Source: Mytilus edulis
Lineage: Eukaryota
Direction of reading: 5' to 3'
Assembly: GCF_963676685.1 (NCBI RefSeq)
Contig: NC_092345.1
Span: 72,912,001 to 72,976,000 of the forward strand
Length of the DNA stretch: 64,000 bases
A program made the position numbers and the translations under genes. Of this stretch, positions 13,881-56,800 are shown piece by piece. The notes beneath the pieces were generated by a model. The model saw nothing but the letters and a program-made list of their open reading frames with translations, did not search any database and had not been told where the DNA came from. Positions within the stretch are counted from its first letter, which is position 1; each line of letters starts with the position of its first letter.

Positions 13881-14242
13881 AGCTTATGGAGATGTCGCTT
13901 TTTCATCAATTAAACAGGTGCATTACAAATAAAGAAATGGATGATATACAAAACACTGCACAATCAATTATAAGTTTTTAAACCAAAGTAATGGTGGTAG
14001 CACTAATGCATCATTGTTACACAAATGTGTTAAAAATGTTTTTCAGAGGTTGACAGAAACGTTTTTCATAAAACCTTATTTCAACGTTTTCTGAATGTTC
14101 CATATAACGTTTCTTCAAAATGTTTTTGAAACATTAATAATTGTCTACAAATTTTTATTTTTAAAACGTTTCAATAAAACATTCTAGAAACCAAAACAAA
14201 ACATTTCTAAAACGTTTTTAAAATGTTGAATTGTTTGCTGGG

Positions 14243-14624
14243 TATGCATCAGGGGACAGTAGAACCAGGGGCAACCACAAATTTAGACAGACAAGAGTGA
14301 AGAGAGACGTCTTCTATCACTCATTCTTCCCGAGAACAACAAGAGAGTGGAACAAACTCCCAGAATCAGTAGTGGAGTCCGGATCACTAGAGGACTTCAG
14401 GGCCAGAGTGAACATCATCCCCTGGACCCAACCACACCTCAAATAGACAGCAGGAGAACCAGTGTATATAGTTGTAATTAAGCATATTTTATTGTAAATA
14501 CCATCCAGATTTTCCTGGACTTTTACTTTTGGCCAGAGAGGAGTGGCCTCCTGTCTGTTTGAGATGCGCCCGAGTCAATTACACTTTTATAGAGTTCGAC
14601 TCGTAACCGGGAAGAAGAAGAAGA
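14243..14624 (+). mobile_element. 3' fragment of a CR1/L2-group LINE (RT C-terminus, 3' UTR, (GAA)n tail)
   Basis: Translates as ...TRGNHKF...FYHSFFPRTTREWNKLP..VV...SLEDFR, the conserved C-terminal motif of CR1/L2 ORF2; stop at 14446; gaagaagaagaaga at 14610-14623. Confidence 0.75.
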
Positions 14625-15324
14625 GGAAAACATCAAATTTTGTCCAGATGTGAATGTTTCCGTCAACACTGTTCATTTAATTTAATAGAACATGGGCTTC
14701 ATTTTATTTGAGAGTGCCCTAGATTATAGGCTGGGTATTGATCCGTTTTTTTAATCCAGATCAATCAGACAGGAAAAGAGACAAAAGCTAAGATAAATAA
14801 ATAGAGTTATTCCTCTTTGTACTAGCGATCACTAGCTCTCTCCTTTCCTATGTACATAATTTGTATAATCATGTGAACATATTTGTTCTAAATCACATGT
14901 ATTTATTAACAATCAGTATATATTGCATGAGTTTGTGTGGATATTGTACTCATGAACTTTGTGATTTGTGTTGATGTATATATGGGCCTATTTATTAGGA
15001 ATAAAGTACCGACCGTGCGAGGGCTGCATGTATACTGCAGAAGCCAGTCAACGGGTCGTTAAAAACTTCCATTTGTAATAAAGATATTTGAATATATTGT
15101 TTTGATAGAAAATTAACTTTCTTGTGCTAATATTTTTCTTCTGGTCGCTTCTTTACGCTTATTGTACCTATGTATGTTAATTAGTGAGACCGGTACGAGT
15201 TGGTAAAAATAAGGTACGAGTTGGTTGAGTACGAGTTGGTCGTGTAACTTTTTGTGTTTTTTTTTCTATCTTTTACCTTAAAATGAAGAAGTAATCCGAA
15301 AGACTACGAATGGACAAATAAGAG

Positions 15325-45982
<30,658 letters not shown>

Positions 45983-48900
45983 TTCAGTGCAATACTATAC
46001 TCAAGTTAGCCATATTGGAGAGTTACAAGGCTTCATGATCTCAGTTATTGATTGTTTTGCTTGTTTATGGCATGAAATGCTATTTGTATTGTCTTATTAG
46101 TTGATATTGTATGTGTCTTGCTTCAGATTGTATGAAATAATACAACTATGAATAATCTATGCAGTTTATGATGTGATAACTATATACTGGTAGTTAGTTT
46201 TATGTGTAGTCATGTTTATGTATAATGATATTGAATAGGAGATAACTGTGATGAGATACCAAGTTGTGTCTTGAGATAAATTCAACTGTACAAATTATTA
46301 CTTCTGGGACATGTTTATTTATAGAAAACCTTTATCAGTAGAAGGCTTCTTTTTTTTTTACACCATTTGGGATAATAAAAAATGATAACTAAAATTCAAT
46401 CATAAAGAAGGTTTATGATGAAGGTGTAAGATTTTGCAATTTCGTTTTTGTCAGTTTGTTCATGTACTGTTACAATTATTATCACATGCATGTTTGATAA
46501 TAAATGCATTCATAGAAGGTACCATCAAAAATGATGTGGACTTTAATTTTAATGATTTTAGCTGAGCTTTTGTAGTAAGTCAAAATGTGCACCTTCAAAT
46601 AAACCTGCCTGCAATATTGATAAAAGAAGAATGTTTTGTATTATATGACCTTTTTACTTGATAATTGATATTTTTATATTAATTAATAACTGGGGAGGGG
46701 TGTTGGTTTATTCTAAAATAATACCAATGCATTAATTTAATTTTTTTTAAATAGAAAGAACACTAAATTCAAGTTTTCAAGCTTATTTGATGGTGAAATT
46801 TTGTATAACTACTAGTAGGTTTAACAATTTATATCATAAAATCTTTTACAGGAACTGAAACATTTTCTTTATAGAATGAAAATAACAATACATAAACTTT
46901 CAATACACGTATATGTTAGAGGATAATATGAAGTAAGATCATATGTAGTTACTTATACCAATGAAAACTTGTCATCTCTTCTCTTGGAACTTTGATAAGC
47001 ATTGTGATTCAAATAGAAAACTATTGGTAAATATTTTATACCTTTATTCATTTGGTGAAATTATTATCTCTTGCTCAAAAATTGTTTATTTTTGCAGTGT
47101 TTAATTTTCACTTATTTTTGTCTGTTAGATTACAAATAAGATATGATTGAAATAGCAATGGTAGTCAGCTCTTTTTTCCTCCATCATATCAAAGTCCAAA
47201 TATTGGTAGGCAATGGAAATCTGTGCACCATATTAATTATTGTATTTTTGTTCAGATGAGCAATGTGAACGCATACAAAAAATGAAAAAATTATTGAAAT
47301 AATTTGTATTTAGAAACTGGGTTAATATTTATTTGTTCATTAATTAATAGGTGAGGAAGAAAACTCAATACCTCTTTTTTCAGTTTCTTGTTTCCAATTG
47401 ATGAGTGTAATAATTGTATTTAATTGTCTCATACTCTATAGGAAATATTCTGACAAATTCATCTCTCATCTATTTTGCACGAACAGGCATCCTCTTCCTT
47501 GATATAAATCTAATTAAGAATAAATGTATTATAGATTGTGTTATGAAAGACTGTTATTGTGAAGAAAATATTATTTTTAACATTTTAAAATTTACTGATT
47601 ATTGTCTTTTAAAATTAAATATCACTTATTGTTACTGGTAGACTAAAAGTGCTTTCTGTATTATGTGCAATTTATAAATGTTGTCAGCCATTTGTTGTAA
47701 GTGTCTTATTTGTTTTAATCTCTTTAACTTTTTGCAGTTGCTCTGATAGTATCTTTCTATCTTTGTCAATTGTTATTTGTATATTTTGTTAAAGTAGGAA
47801 TAGTGGATTATGCAAGATAACCATCCTTAAAGATTTGTAAGGAAAGTGAATTTGTCAAATAAAGATTGGAGACACATGATATGAAGACTTGCCAACACAA
47901 ATTGTGATGTGATGGTCACAAGTGCAGTTCTAATTACAAAACAGAGCAAAACCAATAAAATTAAAAGATGTTTTCATCTCAAACTGACAATGATGACTTC
48001 AAATACAGTACTCCCTGTCTTATCATAACATGCAAAATATGATTTATAAATATCTTTGAAACACTGACTTAGATTTCATAACATTGTGGAGTATGTCTCT
48101 GACTGTCTACAATGAAAGTGATGAAAGATGCCTTTAAATCAAAAGAGGCATTACACATCATATTGCATTAGAATGAGTAATTGATATTTATGCAAAGTAT
48201 TCAATGACTTTATTAAGCTGCCTTCACCAATTCACAATGGTTGATCTAAGCATACCTGTTTATTTCTATGATTTTGTTGTAGTATCTATAAATATTCACA
48301 AACAACTTCCAATGATTATTTTCTTTTACTGCTTTGGGTTGATAGGCATTGGTAAATGAACATCGAAATTAGATGTAATTGGATGGAAAGTTGCATATGT
48401 TTTTATTTCATTAGTTTTCAATGTTTTTAAATAGTCAAAATTAGAAATTGTTTTAAACTTGTAACTGTGTCATAGATATAAAGATGTAAAATCATATAGA
48501 TGTAAAATCTAAAAAAAAATCTGATTTGGCCAGAAGATTTTACATTTGCAAAATTATATCAATTCAGGGGAGATAATGTTTGCAATTTCAAAATTCAGGG
48601 AAGATAATTGATAAAAAAGTTATTGTACAAGTAAAACAAATTTTTTATTATTGTATAATTTAATTTTGGATGTAACACATCTTCTGATTGGCTGAAGTAG
48701 TTTTGTTTATCAGCTCATAGACATAATTTTGTCATGTGACCATGATGTCATCAACGTTTTTTCCTGATTTTCCTGATTTACCCCCGTTTAAAATGGAATT
48801 AAGAATTAAATTATAAGAAATGGCTGTACTATTTTTTCTGTCTATTTGAAATAACATTAAAAAAATGTGGCTATGCGGGGTATTCAGTGTGCACCACATT

Positions 48901-50929
48901 TTTGACACTTCATAGACAGAAAAAATATTACAGTCATTCCTTAAATAGAATGGAAAGAAAACAAAAATATTTACTTAATATTTGCTTTAAGTAATTGATA
49001 TGAATTATGGGGAAACTAAAAATGATCAATTATTTTGGATAAGTTATTCACCCAAAATTGTCCCTCAATTAAATAATTAAGTTTAGAAACCAAAGTTTCT
49101 CAAACCCAGGTTTTATAATAGTGTCTATAATTGAATTTTTAGTTTATATATACATTTATCTTTCCTTTAGATAATAGAAAAAATTAATCATAAAAATGGA
49201 AAGAGCTATCGACTTTGACTATTTAAAAATATGTTTTTCATATTACATAATGTTATATCATTATTATGCTTGGCCATGGATTGTTATGATTTTTTAAGCG
49301 TCATATATATTACTTGTTATTTATATTTTATTTGCCTTTTATTTATTTTTACAATTTTAATAAAGACTGAATAAAAGAGTTTTTGTGTGTACTTTATTAT
49401 CTCTAATCCAAGCTGTGAGAGAATGTCTAGACATTTTTAGTTACTGCGAGTCCATTTTTATTCAGGGGATACCAATTTATGTGTTTTTTTTTTGTACAGA
49501 TTTACCACAAATTCAAATGTTCAACAAAAGCACATTTTCCATACTTGATAGGCTTTGTATATAGAGATTGACAAAACCACGAAATCAGTTTACCCACGAA
49601 AATGTCAGTTTTCCTCAATCCAAGAAAATTGATAGCCACAAAAATAAATGAATCCAGTTTCTGAATTAGAAGGATATCGCTTGGTCTATACCACATACAA
49701 AACAAACTGCAAGGATTTATTTTAGTTGATTATACCATCTTATAGACTACTTCTAGTATAATTGTAGTAAGCCAACCCACTAAGGTTCATACCAAAGTGA
49801 CAATTTATCATAGTGAATATTTCTGCCATTTTATATTTTTAGTACCCTATCAACAAGGTCGAAGGGGACTTTAAGTTTTCACTCCATCTGTCTCTTTGTC
49901 TAATTGTCAGTCCAGCAAATCAATTTTCCACTTTTTCTTGGTGCTTGAAGATATTAATTTCATATTTTGTGTATTGTTTTATCATGACAAGTTGCAGATC
50001 AAGTTTTAATCACAGGGACTCGGTTAGCAGATTAAAATTTTGTAAATCAATGTTTTTAATTTATTTTTAATTATTTCTTGTCTATTTGCATTACTTTATT
50101 AACGTATTTAACGTTGCCATCACTATTTCTTTGTTTTCTGGCAATGTGCAGTTTACTATCCATATCCGGATACGGAAAAAACCTTCCAGCAGAATTAAGC
50201 AGTTATAGGTCACTAAATGGCTTTTAACAATGAGCAAAGCCCATATTGTATAGTCAGCTATAAAGGATTTTGACATGACAAAATGTTCCAACGAACCATA
50301 AAACCATAAGCACTGAATTGCAGGCTCTTGATTTGGGACAGACACCTAAAGAATGTGGTACATGTATATGTTTGTAGGCATTCCACCCTCCTTTAAACTG
50401 TGACAGTGAAATTAAACATAAACTTAAGATTACTACAGACCACAAAAAATAACTCGTGAAGACAAGACACAATTGGTATAACTATCTGTCTGCACCGCTG
50501 TAATCAATTTGTATAAAGCTTTAGAAGTTTCCCTGAATATTCGTACATTGTACGCAGATACCTTAGTTTCTGTCTGCCATCTGTTCATTGTCCTTGACCT
50601 AATTTTCATGGTTTAGCAAATGCTTGAAAATAAATTAAGGGTTTTTTGTCATGTGAATTTTTTACTTATTATGAATTTATGAGTACATAAGATAAAGATT
50701 AGTTAAAGATATTTTATTTCCTAATCATAGGGCTCATAACAAGCATGTAATCACATAAAGTAAAAATAAAAAGCTTTCTCTCCCACTCGCATACACTCAC
50801 ACATACAACTATTGTTCTGATTAAGGATGATTGATTTAACGTACAGTACAACATGTAAATGAAAAATTAAATACAGATAAAAATACAGACACAAATGTAT
50901 TTTTATTTTTTTATGAGGAGAGTTGCCTA

Positions 50930-52600
50930 CATTGTATATGTGGAACGAAGGATAATGTAGTAGGATAACAATATTTGGTGTATGGATTCCTTGTAACGCC
51001 CATGTGTCCACTAGACAGATTTCACCTGACCTCGACCTCATTTCATGCATAAGTGTTCAATGTCAAAGTCAAATGATTAATACAGTTACTCAGATCCTAT
51101 AAGCAGTAGGTCAACTATATGTGGTGTATGGAATGATTGTTAGGGTACATGTCAGTCTGGCAGCTTAGCAGCTTTCATCTGACCGTGACCTCATTTTCAT
51201 GGTTCATTGGTCAATCTTAAGTTTTTGTGTTTTGGTCTGTTTTTCAAGTGCTATAAGCAATAAGTCAATTGTACCTGGTGTATGGAATGAATGTAAAGCA
51301 AACATGTAGGTCGAGTCTGTATCATCTGACCTTGATCTTATTTTCAAGGTTCATTGGTGAATGTTTTTCCAAATACTAATAGCAATAGTTCAGCTATGCT
51401 TGGTACATGGGACAATAATAAGGTGTACATGGCCATCTGAAAGGTATTATAGACCTTGACTTCATTTCATGGTTCATTCATCAATGATAAGTTTTGGTAA
51501 TTTTGTCAGTTCATCAGTTACTATAAACAACAGGTCAACTATATTATGGAAGGATTTTAAGGTGTACATATCTGTCTGAACTGGTCCATCTGACCATTAC
51601 ATCATCATTATAGAACATTGCTAATGTTAAGCTTAGGTGATACATGTAGTAAAATCTTCATAGTGGAACTGTGTATCAGGATTTTTTCTAATTTTTCCTA
51701 AAAATTTGTAAGAGACACAAGTTTTGTGTATTCAACTCCTCCTAGTTTTCATACCAGACCCCTGAAGCTTCACATGACCAAATCGCAAATATGATGAAGG
51801 TGTACACCTGCTATTATGGAATGGTTTAAAAGAATTTTTACATTTCAAATCAAATATTTAAATGTTTAATTTAGAGCATTCCTTATTGTTTAAGAAACAT
51901 TGACATTTTAATACTGGATTTTGTGTTTCAGAACAAATTTTGTACTCCCCTGCACAGATTTAAGTTTTAAAACCAGGAACCAGATCATGACAAAGATGTT
52001 AGGTTGCTGTCTCATGGACATAATTACTAACATGGGTCTCATCGACATACATACTGACATGGGTCTCATCGACATACATACTGACATGGGTCTCATTGAC
52101 ATACATACTGACATGGGTCTCATCGACATACATACTGACATGGGTCTCATCGACATACATACTGACATGGGTCTCATCGACATACATACTGACATGGGTC
52201 TCATCGACATACATACTGACATGGGTCTCATCAAACATCATTTTCATGGTTCATTGGTTTATGTAATGTTGTCAGTTTTTCATTAATAAGTAATAGGTTA
52301 AGTATATTTGGTTTATTATATGATTGTAGGTTAATTTTGTCTGACCTTCAACTAATTTTCATCATTCATTCATAATTGATCTATGTGAAGTTTTTAAGAT
52401 GAGATAAGTTTATCAGATAATATAAGTAAAATATAAACTATATTTTTAAGATATAAATCTGATTTTGATGTATACATGTCCTTCTGACCACATTAATTGT
52501 ACAATTAATGTTTTGTGATTGAGTGATTGACTCTGCTTCTATTATTTATGACTCTCACAATAAGGTTGAGTCAATATAGCAGGTGACTGTTTGTCTTACA
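50930..52600 (+). repeat. Degenerate repeat array with recurring tgacctcattttcatggttcattgg units
   Basis: Motif recurs near 51030, 51185, 51330, 51460 and 52240. Confidence 0.55.
52031..52232 (+). repeat. 27-bp minisatellite, about 7.5 copies
   Basis: catgggtctcatcgacatacatactga head-to-tail; explains the repetitive ORFs at 51908-52286. Confidence 0.92.
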
Positions 52601-53893
52601 GTGTTAATTTCAATATTAAAATGAATGTTATTTGATTGTTTATTCAAGCATAGTTTAAAAGTAACATGTTTAAAATATTTGATGACTGCATCTCTACATT
52701 TTTTCAACATAACACTTTTAAGATATTCAACAATTGCATCTCTACATCTTTTTCAACATTATTTACATACATAAAATAACTTACCACAAAAATGTATACA
52801 CATTATTTATTTTTTTTATATTAATTGCTTAAAATGCAACATAAGAATGCATGTAAAGTTACAGTGGCTTTGTAAATCAATAACTGTTTGTCCAAATAAC
52901 ATGACTTCTTTCTCATAATATTTTAGTCAGAAAAATGACTCAATCAATGGGCAAGATATAAACTAAATTCTATAAAACACAAATAAACTATAGATTCCAA
53001 AATCTTGCAAATTAACATTTAAAACATGTACACCAACAGTAATTTCAACCATACTAACTTTTAATCAATAGTGTGGTAACAACATAATTCAAACTGAAAA
53101 AAATATTCAATTAACTGCTGAGAGTTTCTGAAATAGAAGTTTCTAAAACCCTTTCACTTGTCAAAATATCTCAACATTAAGCAAATTCATTAAAATAAAT
53201 CAAGTAAATCTGATATTCCAGTATCACATCTATTCGTCTTGCATCCAAAAGCAGAATCCATATTACCAGTATGGAAAAATCCCTAAAATAGAGAAAGCAT
53301 GTGATCTACACAATAAAATCTTAACCCCCTTAAAAACAAATAAGTTATATGGTCATAATGGAGTGTTATCAATTGTCTGTCTACAATGACAACTATCTCA
53401 GAAGTTCTATGTTAACATAACATTGTTTCAAAATTAATACTTAAAACTTAAAGCAAAATATTTGTAACATTGGATGTCATTAATATTTTTCTTTAAGTTA
53501 TTTTCAAACAACATACATGTATATATCACAGGCAAGGCATAGAATACATTTTTTAACATAGATGCATACTTGTAGTTGTATTTTTTTTAGAGTTATCTGC
53601 CTTAGTTAAGTCGGTAACTAATGTGAAAATTAAAAGTATATTGAACACTTTTCAAAATACAATATGAGGTTTAATTATATTTCCTATCACTGCCTTCACA
53701 CGTCACATCATGGTTATACATAGTTCCATAATCTAAATAATTTCATCACATACAGTAAATTCTGTCAAAATGCCACGACTTATTAAAGCTTTAAAGAAAC
53801 CATATTTATCTTCATTCAAAACCGAAACTGATCATTTTCTGACTGTTAACTCTTTAAAATAGCTGTCTGATGAGAAACAAAAATTACAATTTA

Positions 53894-56800
53894 TTATCTT
53901 TTTCCCCATTTTATTGCTCCATCTCCAATATTAAAGTATGTCTTTAAAATATGTCTAGCTGACTGTCCAATTCCTATAGCTGCAAAACTCATAACAATTG
54001 TTCCTTGAACAGCCAAACGTGTGTGAATTAAATACATAGGAAGGTCCAGTTTTCTCGTCCTCAGCCCCCACATGGCATAAATAAACAAACCACCTGCTAC
54101 AGGAAGCCCTAAAACAAAAGAAAAGTCAAATTGAGGAATGTTGAAAAATTCCATGATAATATATTTAACTAATACAAGAACAAGAAATGAAAATGAGGTC
54201 CAAAGGGGCACATAAACTTAATAAATATAATCCTTCACAACACACAATATTGTTAAAAAAAACAAATATTAAAGGGTTGCTATTTCAAAGGCAAAGATAT
54301 TGTATATGTCCTATCACATAATTTTATCAGCAATTTTATTATTATTGTTTTATTTTCCACCTGTAAATTATATACATGTTTACAATCAATGGAAATATGT
54401 CCATAAAATTAACAGACCAACAGGAAAACATAATTTCATCCTCTTATTGTATTAAGAGGTGCATAAAAAGATGAGGTAGGTTAATAATTTTAAAATACTG
54501 CATGGTTTTAAATGAATTCTTCATGTTTTTGTTGGGAATAGGTTCTTTTTACAACCATAGAGGAGTGATAGAAACTATGCAAACAAAATCACAAGAAAAT
54601 TACCCTCTATTGTAACAGTTATGTTGTAAACCCTAATTAATCACACTGTTATTTTGGTATGATGAAGAATTGACACCCTGATACTATGTGAACAAGATGT
54701 CTTTTGGATTATTACTGGTGTTGATTGATGGTTACATAAACTGTCTTGTTGATGTTTACCATTTCTAACACCTTTCTACATAAAAATCTAAAAAATTTAA
54801 ATCTAAATATAATTTTTCAACCGATTAAGTTTTCTCATAATCCACCAGTCTATAAGTGAGAGGCCAGAATTAAATTATAAAGAACTTAATTTTTTTCTTC
54901 CTAATCATTTGTTCATACATGTACCATACAAAGATCTTACCTACATAGGGAACCATAAATTCAATTGGTCTACTGTTTGGCTTGGTCAACTCTGGAAACT
55001 CTTTCTTTGCTTCCTGATATTCTAACCAAGCTTTTTCCCGTTCTTCAGCCATCCATTGCTCTATAGGTGGGCGATCCAGATAAACTGGTTCATACCTAGG
55101 TTCTGAAATGGAGCAATATATTTTGTTGTTTATAAATATTAGAAGATTTGGTATGAGTGCCAATAAGACAACTCTCCATTCAAGACACAATTTGTAAAAG
55201 TAAACCATTATATGTCAAAGTACAGTCTTCAATGCAGAACCTTGGCTAACATTATGCTTACTCAAAAAGGAATGGCTAAGCTTAAGGTAACTGATAAAAT
55301 GCATTCAATGAGCATATCAAAATATAATGTTAATACTACCTGTGCCATACCAAAACTTACATTATCAAACTCTTTTACTTTGTATAATTCAATGATTATA
55401 TGAACTTCAACTTGACTGTAACTTCGTTTTACTCTGAGAACTGGTGATATATTGGATCTGTTCGCCCTGAGTTCATTCCCCCATAGACTGCATAGAGTCC
55501 CTTCACCCTGGATTCGTTCTGCTTACTTTTATCAAAGATTTGTATCTTACTATACAATCATTGCTTTTATTAAAAAATATTAATATTACAGTTATCATGG
55601 TTATTAAAGTTTACTAAATATACTCAGATATTTATATGGTATAAATTCTCAAATTCATGAAAATACATGGAAATTGTTTTTAGTTAATGGAAGAATATTG
55701 CCTTTTTTGAGCAATTAGTTGTTCATAATAATAGTTCTCACTGATTGTAATAATCATAATTGCATGTCTTTGATGAATTAATAATAAAACAACATGTTGT
55801 TTTGATGAACTAGTCACCTTGGAATGAGTAGAAAAACAATCATGTAGGTAAATCATGAAACGGATTCATACGTTCATTTATTATCATACTGCATAAAATG
55901 ACTGACCAGACTTATTTAAATTGTTAAAACTATGCAGATGAAAGGAAATTATAATTATTGACATTGTTTGGTAGCAGCAATACAAATATAAAGCGACTAT
56001 TTAGCAAACTTTAATGTACTCTGTTTAAATAATGAACACTCTGCAATGAAACTGAATGCAAAAAAATATAAATAAGGACGAATGGACCCTGGCCATGGAA
56101 GAACAGGTATCAGGGCGAAAATGAATCAGGGTGAACAGACCTGGATTCAGTAATATCTACTATTTGAACAAAAAAATGATGTATATATTATATATTGGAC
56201 CTCTGATTGGCTCTGAAACATGTAACATACAATATACATATTTTATGACAGTTCTTTGATTTTTTAGTCCACAATAACAAATGTACTGTATGAGGGTCAT
56301 AATGGGGGTACCTTCATGACTAATAACGGTAAAAATTCTAGCCAAATGACATTAACAGTAATTTTTGGAGTATGACGATAAAATGTACACTTTCTTTTAG
56401 ACGATATAAACATCGACTAAATTTGACGAATCACGTTAAATTTTTTCCAAAAATGATGGTAACGATAATTATTTGAGACCTCTGACCAACCAGATATTTT
56501 GAAGATTCATGGTAAAATTTTAACCAATTTGACGATAAGGGTAGCCGAAAAATGACTGTCTGATGCCTGAAGTTAAAGGACATTACTGAGGGGGGTAGGA
56601 CCTTTATTGTTACTGAGGGGGGGTAGAAGTGGTCATCATCCCGAAATCCCAGGCTTAAAAACACGAAATCCCGAGGTCCCGATTTAAAAAAATCTAAATC
56701 CCAAAGTCCCGAAATTAGAAAAAAGAATTCCCGGATCCCTAAAGGGTCAATCCCGAAATCCCGAGCTTAAAAACACCTGATCCCATAGTCCCGAAAAATA

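Larger units (their letters stand above)
3217..14242 (+). mobile_element. CACTA/EnSpm (CMC superfamily) DNA transposon carrying transposase plus DUF4806 accessory gene; left end tentative
   Basis: Right end ...GTTTGCTGGG|TA at 14242, preceded by dense AAACGTT/AAATGTT subterminal repeats (about 14020-14230). Candidate left end TA|CCCAGCA at 3217 gives only a 7-bp TIR match with TA flanks. Encloses an EnSpm-type transposase and a DUF4806-type gene in the same orientation. Confidence 0.75.

Noticed and set aside
14231-14446. 71-aa ORF as a small gene
   Set aside because: Chimera of the EnSpm TIR and a LINE RT C-terminus.
51908-52286. Repetitive ORFs (MRPMSVCMS)n, (DIHTDMGLI)n, (DETHVSMYV)n
   Set aside because: By-product of a stop-free 27-bp minisatellite, open in several frames on both strands.
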